Source: Glaucostegus cemiculus (taxonomy: Eukaryota). From it: 64,000 bases of DNA. Within the stretch, counting starts at the first letter, position 1; each line of letters begins with the position of its first letter. The DNA lies in assembly GCA_976551045.1 (NCBI GenBank), contig CDPCPM010000263.1, positions 4,340,001 to 4,404,000 on the forward strand, given 5' to 3'. The translations under genes and the position numbers were made by a program. Shown in pieces: positions 26,317 through 39,127 of the stretch. Under the pieces are notes generated by a model that was not told the DNA's origin, ran no database searches, and worked only from the letters and a program-made list of their open reading frames with translations.

Positions 26317-26379
26317 ATTTTGGTGATAAATACAGTGTATTTCGGGAGCTTGGTCAGAGCACAGAGTGCAAATCCTCAG
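26317..26379 (+). CDS. SYNRG: SYNRG window exon 13 (63 nt): DFGDKYSVFRELGQSTECKSS
   Basis: ttttag|AT...CTCAG|gtgagt; resembles GDKYSAFRELEQ. Confidence 0.94.
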
Positions 26380-26954
26380 GTGAGTAAACATTGAGCACTA
26401 CGTATAACCACCCTTGCATGTAATAACTAAAGCTATTCCTTTTACCCCAAGAGTAAGCTGAATGTAAATTGTGAATTATGTACTTTAGGTATGTAGACTT
26501 GCTTGTCACTCTACAATTCCTTTCTGAAGTACTTCTTCTCCAAGTTCGTGCCTCATCAAGTTTGTTTACAGGATTGTCCAGATTGTGACCAACATTGAGA
26601 TCAATCTGGAAGCCTCTGTGTTCATTGCAGTGACCAGGTTGCAAAGAGATACTCACCTGGTCACAAGGAACCAAATTGGTTTAAAATGATGCAGAGTCAC
26701 AACCAAGTGAAAATATATTGAATGAACTAATAAAATGCAGATGTTGCATAGATGCTAGTTGATTAGGCAGTTCTCTTTATATTTGAATTTTTTTTATTTT
26801 GTGCATTTATTTCTCGTTGCAGTTAAATTTGCTATAAGATTTCTGCCTGCCAGCTTTGTTTTGAAAGGAAATTGAGGGAAATGGAGTATGTTATTGATAT
26901 TCCAAAGCACCATGCCAGATAATAGTCAGAAAAAAACATAATGAACAACCTGGC

Positions 26955-27247
26955 CCTTCCATTTATCACCTCCCAGCTTCTTGCATCATTCCCACTCTCC
27001 CTCTCCCCCAGTTGTCTACCTCCCCCCTCATCTGGATTCACCTTTCACCTGCCAGCTCGTGCTCCACCCCCTCCTCCTGCCCTCTGATACTGACTTCTCC
27101 CCTCTTCCTTGCCCTAATGAAGGGTCTCAACCTGAAACATCAACTGTTTATTTCCCTCCATAGATGCTGCGTGACCCACTAAGTTCCTCCAGCATTTTGT
27201 GTGATGCTCCATATTTCCAACATCTGCAGTCTTTCTTGCATCTCCAT
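26955..27247 (+). mobile_element. Penelope-like terminal repeat with hammerhead motif (G5>A)
   Basis: C-rich body, then CTAATGA(27114)-AGGGTCTCAACCT-GAAA-CATC-AACTG, then catagatgctgcgtgacccactaagttcctccagcattttgtg. Confidence 0.8.
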
Positions 27248-27929
27248 AATAAAGAACATGTTCCTTATCATGTTGTTCCCTTACCGCTTTCTCTGCATTG
27301 ACCGTGAAATCAGGGAGGGAGGAGAAAAGATGCAGAACTGAAACGCTCCTGTCCGGAAAGAAAAGAACAACCTTGGACTGAATTTTACAAAGTTCTATTA
27401 TGTTTCTCTATATCTGGCTTCCAACTTTCTATCAAAGACCAGGGAAAAGGTTGCCTTATTTATCTTTTTCAATTGTGGATTAATGTGAGGATGACGCTTT
27501 CAAACACAAGTAAATAACTGATTACTTCTTTATGATCACATTAACCACATACCATTTGAGGAAAGAAAACCTGAAATAGATGGACATTTTTTGGAAGGGA
27601 GAGTTGGGCAATTAATTAATCTGAACTGAAATAGCCCCAGGTTATGACTTGTTTCCAACCTGACTATTGCAACATTGTGATATAGCAACTTTTTAAAAAT
27701 TAACATAAACTAGTTGGTATGGTATGGGCCCAAAGAATTACTAACAGGAATAATAAGTGCACTCTGAATTTAGCAAAGACGGAAGTTCAAAGATCTGGTA
27801 CTTTTAAAGTAGTTCCTATTTTTACCCTCAACGGAGTTTTTAGTGGACATGGGGTAATTGCCCATTGACAATGTGTGACAGCAGCCACCTCGATACTTTA
27901 GCAGTATTCTAGTGAATCACTGAACTAGT

Positions 27930-28060
27930 GTTGAGAAGGGTCACAGGTTCACTTAGCGAATCTCAGCCAAGGTGGCACCAGGGGACTGCAGTTGGTTGGT
28001 GTCCTTCATTGAGGGGAGGACAAAATCAGTTTCACTATACAGCGACCCATGCTGAATATA
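27930..28060 (+). mobile_element. Ancient SINE remnant, LF-SINE-like
   Basis: ttagcgaatctcagccaaggtggc...gaggggaggacaaaatcag resembles a recalled LF-SINE-type consensus. Confidence 0.4.
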
Positions 28061-29261
28061 TCTGTTTGAATGAAGGGGGAAATCTAGGTTTTGATATTTT
28101 TCATTAGTATAATCATTTCATTGAAATCAGGAACCAAACAACTGTGGTTTTTAGAAAGAGAACTGATGAAAAGCTGTAGCAGAACTTGTATTTTTATTTC
28201 ACTACTTAATAGTCTCTAATATAAATGGTTTTTAAAGAAGAATTATCACCTTGCATGAAAGGTGTATTTTGAACTGAAAGCCTAAGTGTTAATCTACATA
28301 AGCAAGGTGATCCTGAGTTCTTCTGTCCATATCCTTACTCCTTTTCAGCCATCACAGCTGTATTTTCGAATCAACAGTCATCAACCCGTGGTCATTCAAT
28401 GCCTCACTTTTAAAGTTCTCATTCTTTGTGTAATAAACCCATGATAGCTATGGCCCTCACTTCCTCTAACATATCCACACTCTGTTTCTCGCTTCCTCTA
28501 CTGCAATTGCTCTACCATTGCCTTTAGCTGCCAGGACCCTAAACTCTGGAGTTCACTTCCTAAATCTCTCAATTTGACTATTCTTCCTTTTATGATTCAA
28601 TGGCAAACTCTATTTAATGCAAAACTCCTTGGAAAGTTACAGCTGAAAGCTACTACATAAACACATTATTGTTGCCATGGTGAGAAAAGTAGGAGAGAAA
28701 GTGATTCAGTTGACTGGGCCTAGGGAGTTGATGCTTGTTCTGAAATACAGTTGTGTGAATTGGAATCCCCTCCAAAAGGCTGTTAAAAAAGGTCCTTATA
28801 ACATTTCCAGGTAATAAAATGAAAAAAATAAACAAATTTAAATGAGTCTTTTTCTTGAAAAGACCAACTTTTGCCAATCAGACCATGTGCCTTCATTTTG
28901 TGCGTGGACTGAACAGAAGGTAGCAAAATACCATACATGCCATGGGAATATCCGGGCTCTTGCCCATCATAGCAGGGTTAAAACTCTCACTTTCTTTTTT
29001 CCAGATTTACAAAATGGCCCTAATTTGGGTCATTTGGGTATTTAAATTTGGTTCGGTGATCATCCCTCTTCCCTACAATGAGAAATTAAATGGTGGTATG
29101 TTCTCAGTAGGATTTTACTTGGCACTGCATGCTTGGTATGGGTTGGTGCTTTGGTCTTAGTTAACTTGGAAATGCTTGTGCTTGTGTGCTGTGAAAAGTG
29201 AAACATAGAATTCCATTCTTAACTGCTGGTATTTTGTCACTGAAAAGATTTATGTTTGCAG

Positions 29262-30227
29262 GGGAGGGCTTTGCAGAATTCAAGTCACCGGGAAATGATG
29301 ATGGATTCACAGACTTCAAAACTGCAGACAGCATTTCACCGGTAGACTCTTCAGAGCAAGCAAAGACATTCACAACAGCTTTTCCTCCTGTGCCATTTCT
29401 TCCACAACTACAACCTGTAACGCAACCTAAAGACACTTTCAGTCTCACAGACCTTTTTAACTCTGTCAGTTCTTCTGGAGAGAACAAATCTGTATCATTT
29501 CCATCAGTTTCTGTGACATCATCCATTACATCATCTGTGTGTGTTGCACCATCATTGCCATCATCACTCTCATCTGGTACTTTTTCCTCATCTGGTAGCA
29601 GGACTGTTGGCGGAATTGATGACTTTGGAGACTTCAGTCTTTTTGGCATTGCATCCAGTACTACTACAGGTGGGGAATGGGGTCAGGATGAATTTGCAGA
29701 TTTTATTGCTTTTGGCACTACTGGATCCTCTGAACAAAAGTCAAATGATAAGTACAGTGTATTCAGGCAGGAGAAGAATGATGGCTTCACAACATCTTTT
29801 GATGCCTCACTTGGCATAGCAGAACAGCCTCCAGCCTCCACTGTAGACAAGTATGATGTCTTTAAACAGTTACCTGAGGAAGGGTCTGTGATGGGCTTTG
29901 AGGAGCAAAAAGACAGCACCTCTCTTTCACAAGGGAAGAATGACGATGACTTTCCAGTTACCAAGTTACCCCTTACATTTGGCACCTCCGATAAGGCTTT
30001 CATGGATAAACTTTCTGCTTTTAAGCAAGCAAAAGAGGACTCTGCTTCTGTGAAATCTTTGGACCTTCCTTCTATTGGTGGGAGCAGTATTGGTAAAGAG
30101 GACTCAGAAGATGCCTTATCTGCTCAGTTTGACATGAAGTCAGCTGAGGGTGGTGATCTGAAGCATGTTTTGTCAGACAGCTCGCTGGATTTGCCACCTG
30201 TCATTGGTCAGCCACCTCCTGTTACAG
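29262..30227 (+). CDS. SYNRG: SYNRG window exon 14 (966 nt, symmetric phase 1), AP-1 gamma-ear binding region
   Basis: tttgcag|GG...TTACAG|gtgagg; GEGFAEF, DDGFTDF, DDFGDF, DEFADF, KEDSASVKSLDLPSIGGSS; in ORF 29198-30256. Confidence 0.97.
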
Positions 30228-33177
30228 GTGAGGAAATGGTTCGATTGATCTGGTAAATACATCCAAATCAATTGCATACTGCAGTTACCTTTCTATACTA
30301 CTGCACCAGTGAATTACCATTTACATATGTAGCTGTCCATTCCGTATAATCATCACTGTTGGGAATTGTACTGAGTGCCACTGTTTGCAGTGGTGTTAAA
30401 CACAGTGGAAAAATCCAACTGATGCCCTTGATTTAGAGATATCACGAGTAATTGTTTTGATGTACCTATTTTTACGCTATTACCATCAATGTATTGTGCC
30501 AACGTTGTTACTGCATTATATTTTTCCATCAGGAGTGTAACAGTATTCAATCAGTATTTGGAATGGCACAACTGTTGCTCAACATCTACATTTTCAGGTC
30601 ATTCATTATAATCCCAGAGAGTGTGACAATTAGTCAAGTTGGATGGCAATTGTTAGTTATTTTATTGCCACCTTTTAGACTGCCATTTCAAATTTATGTT
30701 TCTATTTCATTTTTAGCACCATATTCAATAGCAATTGCTTGTACAAAAAAGAACATGGTGCCTTAACATGGTGCCTAGTTTTAGCTGCAGTTTTCTTACA
30801 AGGTTACAAATGATTCCTTTAATTATTGTGAAGGGGCACCATTATTGAAGATAAACAATGTTTTTATTTATGGAAAACCATTTAAATATGGTTTCAAAAT
30901 TTGACTTGGTAAAGCGCTTTAGACTTCCTTTAGGATGTTAATGTTTGTGCACAACCTGAGTTTGCCATGCTGATTAGAAGACAGCATTAAAATAATTATC
31001 TATATAGTTTCTTCAACTGATAGCAAGACAAAGGGGATGAATGCACCAGTAACATATAAATAATTCTATGAACAAAAATGAGTCCTCAAAAAAAATAATA
31101 AAAGTAGTAATTGGTAGTAGTAATTTAGAGAGGATTTCCAGGGCAATTGACTGACCTAATGAAAGTCCAGAAGAGAAGTCATTTTAAAAACAGAATACCA
31201 TATTTTTCTCCTTCATAGTCCAAATAATTGCTCTTCATTTACTCATGGGTGGCATAAATAATGTACCAAAAATTAAATATTGTCCATTTAACAATCTATC
31301 CATACAACACTGACATACCAGACTAAGTTTAATGGAGTACCAATAATGGCAGTAGATATTAAGAGGTGGTGTGCATCTGTACCAATTGTATGTGACATTT
31401 AAAGAATCAGACAGAGCCAGAAATTAGGCTGAACAGAGACTAGTAATTTTTTTCAAATAATTGGTTGTGGTTAAGAGACTGATCTGGGAGCAATGCCTGT
31501 AAAGTGCCCTCTAATGCCCATTGAAATCGCAAATGTTTTCTTTCAGAGTGCAAAGTGAAAATATTTTATCGTGGGACTGTTGGCAAAATACTAAATTAGC
31601 AAGTGCAGTGTATTGAAGAGTTCTTCAGCTTTTTTTCAATTTACAATTTATGTCGAAGATGCACTGCGGCTAAGTTATACTTCTATGTGGACCTTTCACA
31701 ATTATTGAAATTGTTAATGTTTACTTTAGAGTATTATTTACTTTAAAATATTTTGGAGAGATCTGAAATGCAGCTTTAGCTGTAATCAAGTAGATTTTCA
31801 GGCCCTGGGTTGTTGTCACTGCACTTGGTAAAACTGAATACAGTGTATGTATTCATTGCATTGTAATGTTTAACCTATGGTGTTGCCACAAAAAAACTGT
31901 TTGGATACTAACAATTGGGCATTTATTCAGTTGGTGTTGTGGGACCATGGTACATATAAGTCAACTACAAAACTAAATTTTTCTACACTTCATAATTAAT
32001 TGGCTTTGGAACGACCTGAGGGCATGAAGATGTTGATTGTTCAATGCATGTTCTTCATTTAAATGGAATCATTTTTTAAAAAGAAAATCCTTTCTTAAAA
32101 TACACTGATGGGGAGATGGACTGAAGCTGACATTCCAGCACTCCAGAGTTATTGTTAGACTAATGCTTGGATTTGTGCAAATGCAGCTCAGTGTTGCAGT
32201 TTCTGCCTCTTGCATTGGACAGCTGATCTCCAGTTGAACAGTGGCACTAAGGACTAGTTTTTAAAAGATGGAGCCGCATCATTCTTAGATTTGTATTCGA
32301 ATACTGAAATAAAAGCCAGCTATGGTGGGACGATTTATCTTCTACACCTTGCTGGTGACTCCAAAAGTGCCTCAATATCATAATTTATCTGTATTGTAGT
32401 CACAGGTAAAGTGTTAACCCGTCATAATAATTCAATTGTGGCAGCTTGACAATGTTTCTGCTTGATTTTCTTTTAACACTATTTTGCTAAGATTCAGCAG
32501 TTTTTAATTTTAAAGGGCCCGTTTAAGTGTTTGTTGCATGGATGGGTTTTTATGTTATCCTGAAGCAATATTTGGTTTTATTTAATGAACCTTAATTATT
32601 ATTTAGAAGCTAAAAGCAAATATTTAATGTAGTGACCAAAGAAGTTTGGAGCCAAGATAGCCGGAGGTACTGTTAAGATGGAGAGCCTCAATACTTTACA
32701 ATGAATAGAGTTACTTTTAATCGGTTATTTTTTTTAAAGGCTTTTAAAATAGAAATGGAAGGCATTTCTTTTGAAAGTCAATCAAGTAGCTTTTAAAAAT
32801 AGTAATTCTGATGAGAGTATGAAAATCAGTTCAGTTGTTTCTTGCAATATGTTAGACACAATGGGAAAGTATCTATACTGTTCTGTATGGTACAGTTTAA
32901 AGTTGAGCTTAAAGTCATACCCTTTTGTTGGATGTAATGCATCTGTATAAGCTTTTTGGATATTTTTTGTACTTTGTAATAGCTCCAGTGTTATGCTTGT
33001 ATAATACTGTGCACTTGGCCATTTGGAAAAAAAATGTGCAAATTTCTGTGTTGAAGAATGATGAATGAGGTTTGTTCATCAACGTTTTTCTCATTCACTT
33101 TGTTTAGTCCAGCTAGCGCTAGACTTTGCTTTAAAAACAAAAAATGATGCAAATACACATGGGTCGTGCATTATCTG

Positions 33178-34830
33178 TGAGTTAACCTCAGGTTAATGAC
33201 CTTTCATCAGAATTGGGAAAATTTCATTATTGAATGTATTTTGTTATAAAGAGGAAGGGTGGGAAAGAACAAAAGGAATGATAGGACACAGAGAGACTGA
33301 ATGACACAACGAGCTGATGCTGGCAGAGAGAGGATAGTGAATCACATTTGATCTGTCTGGAAGAAACATGTATAGAAGAACATTAGTGAGAGGATAATAA
33401 AAGAATCCTGTAACTGTGAAACATTGCAATTGCAGGAAGTCTAAAATAAAAGAGAATCTTGGAATTACCCAGCAGGGCAGGTAGCATCTGTGGAGAGGGA
33501 AAATCTAAGTTAATGTTACAGATTGGCGATCTTTGATCAGAATTGCCTAGTTCAGATACAGACTGAAAAAGCTAGTTATCTTGAGTTGTTAAATTCAGCG
33601 TTGAGTCATTGAGTGCCATTACATGCCCCTCAGAAGATGAGATGGTTTTCCTCAGGTTTAGGTTGAGCCAATACAACTGTGTAAGAGGCCAAAAACACAA
33701 GTGTCAGAGCGGGAGTGAGATGCAAAGTTAAAGTGACAAGCAACTGGAAGTTCTGCTTCAACTTTGCAAACTGACCAGAGGTGCTGTGCCAAGTAGTCAC
33801 CCAATAAGTATATAGTTTACTCATTATAGCGGAGACCACCTTCTGAGCACTGAGTGCACTATACTAAATTACCACCTTCTTCACATGGAAAGTGTATTTG
33901 GGTCACAGGATAGTGGCTAGTCTTGCATCTCTTTTGGTTACATGGAAAAGTGCCATGAGAACCACCTGTGTAATTTCCACCACCTTCAATAAGATGCTAC
34001 ACCAGACACATCTTCCTCTCCCCTTCCTTTTCAGCATTATTAAGGAACCATTCTCTTAATGATTCCTTGGTTCACCTTTCCATCTTCATCAACAACCATT
34101 CAACCAGAGGATTTACATGTTCTTCTAATTTAGTACATTGCATTCGATGATCACAATTTGAGATTGTCTGCACTGGAGAAACCAAATTCAGATTGGCTGA
34201 ATGTTTTGCAGAACACCTCTGTTCAATCTGCAAGCTTCTGGTTCTAAGCTTCTGGTTGCCTTTTACTTTAATTCCCCACTCTATCCCCTTTTGAACGATT
34301 AACGCTGTTGCAATAAAATTTAACGAACGCCTGAGAAACAGCATTTCATCTTCAGTCCAGGCACATTGCAGGTCTCAGAACTCAACATTGAACTCAACAT
34401 TTTCAGGTAACCAGCCAGTTTGTATCAGAATTGGCAGTTCTGAGGAAAGGTCATCAACCTGTAATGATAACTCACTTTTTCTCACAGATGCTGCTTAATC
34501 TACTTGTATTCCAAATTTACAGCAATTGTAGTACTTGGAGGGGTATCTCAATTCCAGGATTGTGTTTTCCTTCTTTCCTCTGTCCTCAGTCATCTATTTA
34601 CATCGTTCCCAGACAGATAGCTGTGACTAACAAGCCTTTACCACCTCATCATAGATGTTTGCTTTGTACTCTCCACCTCTCTAAAATTTAAAACATCTTT
34701 GATTTCTAGTTTTTCCTGCTTCAGATGAAAGGTCATCAACCTGAAATAATTAACTCTGTTTGTCTCAGTGCAGATGCTGCCTGACCTGCCAAGAATTTTC
34801 AGATTTCTATTATTTATAGTCTTTGCTTTT
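33178..34830. mobile_element. Head-to-head Penelope-like element remnant, each arm with a GIY-YIG 3' end and two terminal repeats
   Basis: Plus arm: FTCSSNLVHCIR*SQFEIVCTGETKFRLAECFAEHL and EKQHFIFSPGTLQVSELNIELNIFR*. Minus arm: HGTFPCNQKRCKT, NLV*CTQCSEGGLRYNE*TIYLLGDYLAQH, EENHLIF. Hammerhead-like motifs at 33180-33214(-), 33507-33544(-), 34436-34472(+), 34718-34755(+). Confidence 0.88.
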
Positions 34831-34896
34831 GGCTACAGGTTGCTTACTCATTTGTTTATAATTGCTATGTCATGCATTTCATTTGCAGGAAACTTT

Positions 34897-34992
34897 AAGC
34901 ATTTGTTAACCATGGACCTTTTCCACCCAAGCATTTGTTAACCATGGACCTTTTCCACCCAAGCATTTGTTAACCATGGACCTTTTCCACCC
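34897..34992 (+). repeat. Perfect tandem repeat, 3 x 32 bp (aagcatttgttaaccatggaccttttccaccc)
   Basis: Units 34897-34928, 34929-34960, 34961-34992 are identical and adjacent. Confidence 0.97.
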
Positions 34993-35209
34993 ACAGTAAC
35001 ATAAGGTGTTGGAGCAGGAATAGAGTATCCTCTGTCATTCCATATGTTATGGCTAACCTTGTGCCTTGTCCATTTTCCCCACATCCCCTGATTCAATTTG
35101 TGTTCATTGATCTATCTGTTTTAGTTTTCAATATACTCAGATAATATCCACAGACTTCTGAAGTAGAAAACTACAAAAAAATTACAGCTGTTTGCATGAA
35201 GCAATTTTT

Positions 35210-35240
35210 CCCCCACTCCCCACTCCCCACTCCCCACTCC
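35210..35240 (-). repeat. (CCCCACT)4 heptamer repeat; G-quadruplex-forming motif on minus strand
   Basis: Minus strand GGGG-AGT-GGGG-AGT-GGGG-AGT-GGGGG. Confidence 0.85.
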
Positions 35241-37522
35241 GTACATGTGTATCTCCCATTGCCTGACATATATGAATCTAGAAGCTGCATGTGTAGTCTC
35301 CCCAATCAATGGTTGTCAACAACAGACCTGCAGCTGTACAGTTTATTATAATTTGAGAAACTTGGGTTATGGAGCAGCACTTGTTGAAGGTCATCTCTGT
35401 TAGGAAAGAGCAGGTGAGCGGAATAAATAATTGGAGAGGTGGTTAGAAAATGCCAGCATTTGAAAATCAAAGAGAAACCAGCATGAATCCCTGCAGATTT
35501 TTGTCCTTATAACCAACTCAAATATGCCTCAAGAAGATTTGTGTAACAAAATTAGACATCAGATGATATTGTACACTTCTGGTTGAAACTGCATTTTTCT
35601 GTTATGTACCTTCTGCATTTCAACTCCTACAGTATAAATGCTGTTATCATTTTCTGCATTTTATTGGAATAAAAAGCAAAGCTCATAGTTTGGGATGTTT
35701 GCTCCAGGAAGTTTGCAGACAGGGTCCACATTTAGAAAGTAGGGTGGCAGCTTAATTGGCCGATCATTTGGGAAAATTAGGGGAGAACCATAGGTCAAAC
35801 ATCTTTCTCTTCAGTTAAAAAATGACATGCAATCAACAAGAAGTCAGTCAGAGAAGAGAAGAACTTCAGACTTGTTTAATGCCAGTTAATTCCACAGGTT
35901 TACTAGTCAGAATCATGAATTCAGGCAGTTAAAAGGAATTATGAGCTATTGTAATTTTTTTGAGAGTCATTGTCAATTAATTATTTATTATAAATATTAA
36001 TCTTCATCTCCATTTGTTGTATCAAACATGATAAACAAGAAAAGACCAACTGGACTTTTTAATCTATTGCATATAATTGTGATACTGAGTTTATCGATGC
36101 ATGGACTGTCAGGAGCCATGTACCAAGCAAAAGGAGCGAAACAGATTAAATACGATCCTTTCAAAGAGATGTTCATTTCCTCCAGACAGAAGCAGGTTTT
36201 TTTATATTAAATTGTTTTGTGGATGCAATCTAGAACCCTGGTTGCATTGGCTTGAACACCACCATATGTGGCATGAACCTTTCAAGAACAGGGAAATAAA
36301 GCAATCTGATCTTTGTCTTATCCAGCCACCTCAGTTTCTGTTGTTTGTTCATTTGTATGTTGTGGATATCGCCCTTAGGGACAGAATTTCTTAACCCATC
36401 TCTATTTTCCCCCAAGAAAGCAAGATACAATTAGGTAGCTTCCAAGGTCACTTTAAAAGGTAACAAAGGGTTGGCCATTGGAATTGGAGTCACAAGCAGA
36501 CTAGGCGAGCTGAGATCAACAAGGCTTCCTTTTCTAAAGGCTATAAAAGACATTTGTTTTTATCTAGAGCAGATTTGAAATTCATAAGATTGAACTGCCA
36601 AATTACTTGTTTAGATTACTTACTTCTTATTGTGGTTAATTTAGGATCTACCTGAAAATTAGTTTTTTTGGTCTTAGTGATATCCCTTTCACACCTCATC
36701 AAGATTTCTGAACAAAAAACTAAACTTCTTTGCAGCTGTAAAGCTCTTGACAAGTGTAGTTTTTTTATTTCCAATTGCAAAAGTTCTGTACTGCCAATTG
36801 AAGCAAATCCATTAATTTACAGTTGATCATTGAGGATATGGCCTCTAAGTGCTTCATGTTATTATTCTTCACATCCCCTCTGCTAGTTTCATTCTTTGGA
36901 TGTAGCACATATCCATTTATTTTCTATGATAAGATCTTGTCTCTTTTGCACAATTTTTCACATTCAAGGGATTTGGTCATTGCTGCCAAGGTTGTACTAG
37001 TGGGCCACCTTAAAAGCCCTCATTCAGGCAGTGGGAGTTCTACTGTCTTGAAGTGCTATTGTCTGTGTAGTGAAGTTCATGAAATAAGATTCAATGTTCT
37101 GCTCCAACAATAAAAGAATGTATTACTAGAGCAGTCTGACTTACAGATTGTGGTACTCCTATCTGCCCAGTACTTTCAGTTCTTTCAGGTGGTAGAGTTG
37201 GTGAGTTTAGACTGTGCTGTGGAAGAACCCTTTACAAGTAATTGCATTCAATCACAGTACAATTTTCTTGGAAGGAGTAAATATTTAAGTCAATTTAACT
37301 ACATTCGCTTCTTCCTGAAAAAGTCAAATTTTATTTTAAAAAATGTTAAAGTTGTTCTATTTTTGTTGGCCATTTCCATAGTTTGAGCCAAAGCACAAAC
37401 CTGTTAAGTTATTTTTTTTTTCCCTTCCTTTTAGGATTTATACCCTTAGATAGTAGCGGATTTTTCTATTTGGATGAATTTATAGTTGCCAGAATTTTTT
37501 TTTACTTTTTCATCAGTATTCT

Positions 37523-37650
37523 GAGTCATAGAGTGATACAGCATGGAAACAGGCCCTTCAGCCACTGAGACTACACCAAACATCAAGAACACATTTACAC
37601 TAATCCTATGCTAATGCCATTTTATACTCCCCACATTCCCATTAACTCAT
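37523..37650 (-). mobile_element. SINE/CR1-type 3' tail fragment
   Basis: gagtcatagagtgatacagcatggaaacaggcccttcagcc is a typical reverse-complemented CR1-type tail. Confidence 0.65.
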
Positions 37651-37654
37651 CTAA

Positions 37655-37900
37655 AGCAGCACAATGATGCAGTAATAACATTGCTGGTTCACAGTTCAAT
37701 TCTGACCACCAGTGCCGTCTGCCTAGAGTTTGCACATTCTACCTGTGACTGCATAGTTTTCCTCTGAGTGCTCCAGTTTCCTCCCACATTTTAAAAACGT
37801 GCAGGTTGGTAGATTATGTGACCATTGTGAATTTCCCCCTATTGTGCAGGTGAATGGTAGAATGTGGGGTGGTGGAGAGTTGAGGTGAATGTTTGATGTT
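37655..37900 (+). mobile_element. V-SINE
   Basis: gttcaattctgacc B-box-like, then V-domain gttttcctctgagtgctccagtttcctcccacatt. Confidence 0.8.
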
Positions 37901-39127
37901 AAAAGGGTGTCTGTCCTAAGAGCAGGGATTGAGTAAAATGGGCCTATTCTCATAGGGTTTAAAAAGCATTAAGGGTGATCTCTTGGAAATACAAGACTTT
38001 GAGTGATTGAGAGGTTAGATACTGACAGGATGTTTTTTCTGACTGAAATTTCAAGGTCTAAGAAGCAGGATTTCAGGATATAGCTACTTGAAGGTAAATC
38101 AGTATCTCACAGCAATGTGATTTGGGAAGATAGGTCACCACCACCTTGAGGCTGATTAGAAATGGGTTATGCATGCAAATCATGTAAATAATTTAAATAT
38201 CTTGCATTAGGAAACAGCAGAATGGAAAACTATGATGAAAACTGGAAGGGGTAAGGGTATAAAAGGCAGTTGTTGCTCATTGATAGATGGTGGTGATGTA
38301 GCTGTTGTGGTAAGGGAGAGTTAATTATGGAAGATGTGAAGGATACAAGGATATGCAATAGGCAAAGGCAATGCTGTTCGCCATATGTGCCATTAAAATA
38401 TTAACAGGTGTCCATGTGTTCAGAAGATCCAAGTTTGAAGTATCCATGTAAGCAAGGCATTGAGATACTGAGTCAGAGTATTGTTACACAGGATTCATTT
38501 CACTTTAAACCACTTTGTATTAGAAGGATGTAATTTAATCTGAACTTGTTCTCCTAGTTTGTTAATGTTTGAACCTCCTGGATTTAGATGCATCACAGCT
38601 AACATATTGAATCCAATCCAGTAGAGTTGAAGCAGAAGCAGCGAGGCAATGTCTTGATTTGACATCATAGAATGGCATGTACAAATACCAGAGTATTAGA
38701 ATAGTGAATTTTATGCAAGTTGATAGGCAACAAGGTTGATAACAAAAAGATACTTCAGTATTTGGGAAATAATAAAGCTTCTGTAATTGATAGCAAGACA
38801 GCAGAAGTGGATATTTATGTAGCTCGCAGTGCTGCATTATTTTTAACAGTATTATATTTTGCTCTTTGTGCTCTGTCTTTAATTGCTTTTGTTAGTCAGT
38901 GGAACAGAACCAACAACTTGCTGTGGCAGTGTTTTTGCTGAAAAACTTGGTCATTATTCACTGTACAAAATAATTGGGAGAAACTATATATACGAATGAC
39001 CCTATTTTGTATATCTCTTTCCTTCCCTGACTGGGAATGAGGATTAGTGGTCTTAATTTTACACTGATTTCAGTCTAAATTGTTGAATAATTGGTGAGGA
39101 GAATGCAATGTCAGCAAAGGAGTATTG

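Noticed and set aside
27105-27150. Currently active hammerhead ribozyme
   Set aside because: CUAAUGA replaces CUGAUGA, the ACGU palindrome has decayed to ACAU and stem I is imperfect. No copy in the window has a fully intact core.
29161-30003. Antisense proteins (ORFs 29161-29649 and 29683-30003; also 50739-51017, 23156-23371, 18516-18701)
   Set aside because: These are shadow frames opposite real SYNRG exons, with no recognisable domain.
32986-33025. miR-200/429-like precursor (TAATACTG in a hairpin)
   Set aside because: The stem is only about 10 bp and the sequence after the seed does not match the mature miRNA.
34897-34992. CRISPR array (32-bp repeats)
   Set aside because: The units are adjacent with no spacers, there are no cas genes, and the context is a eukaryotic intron.
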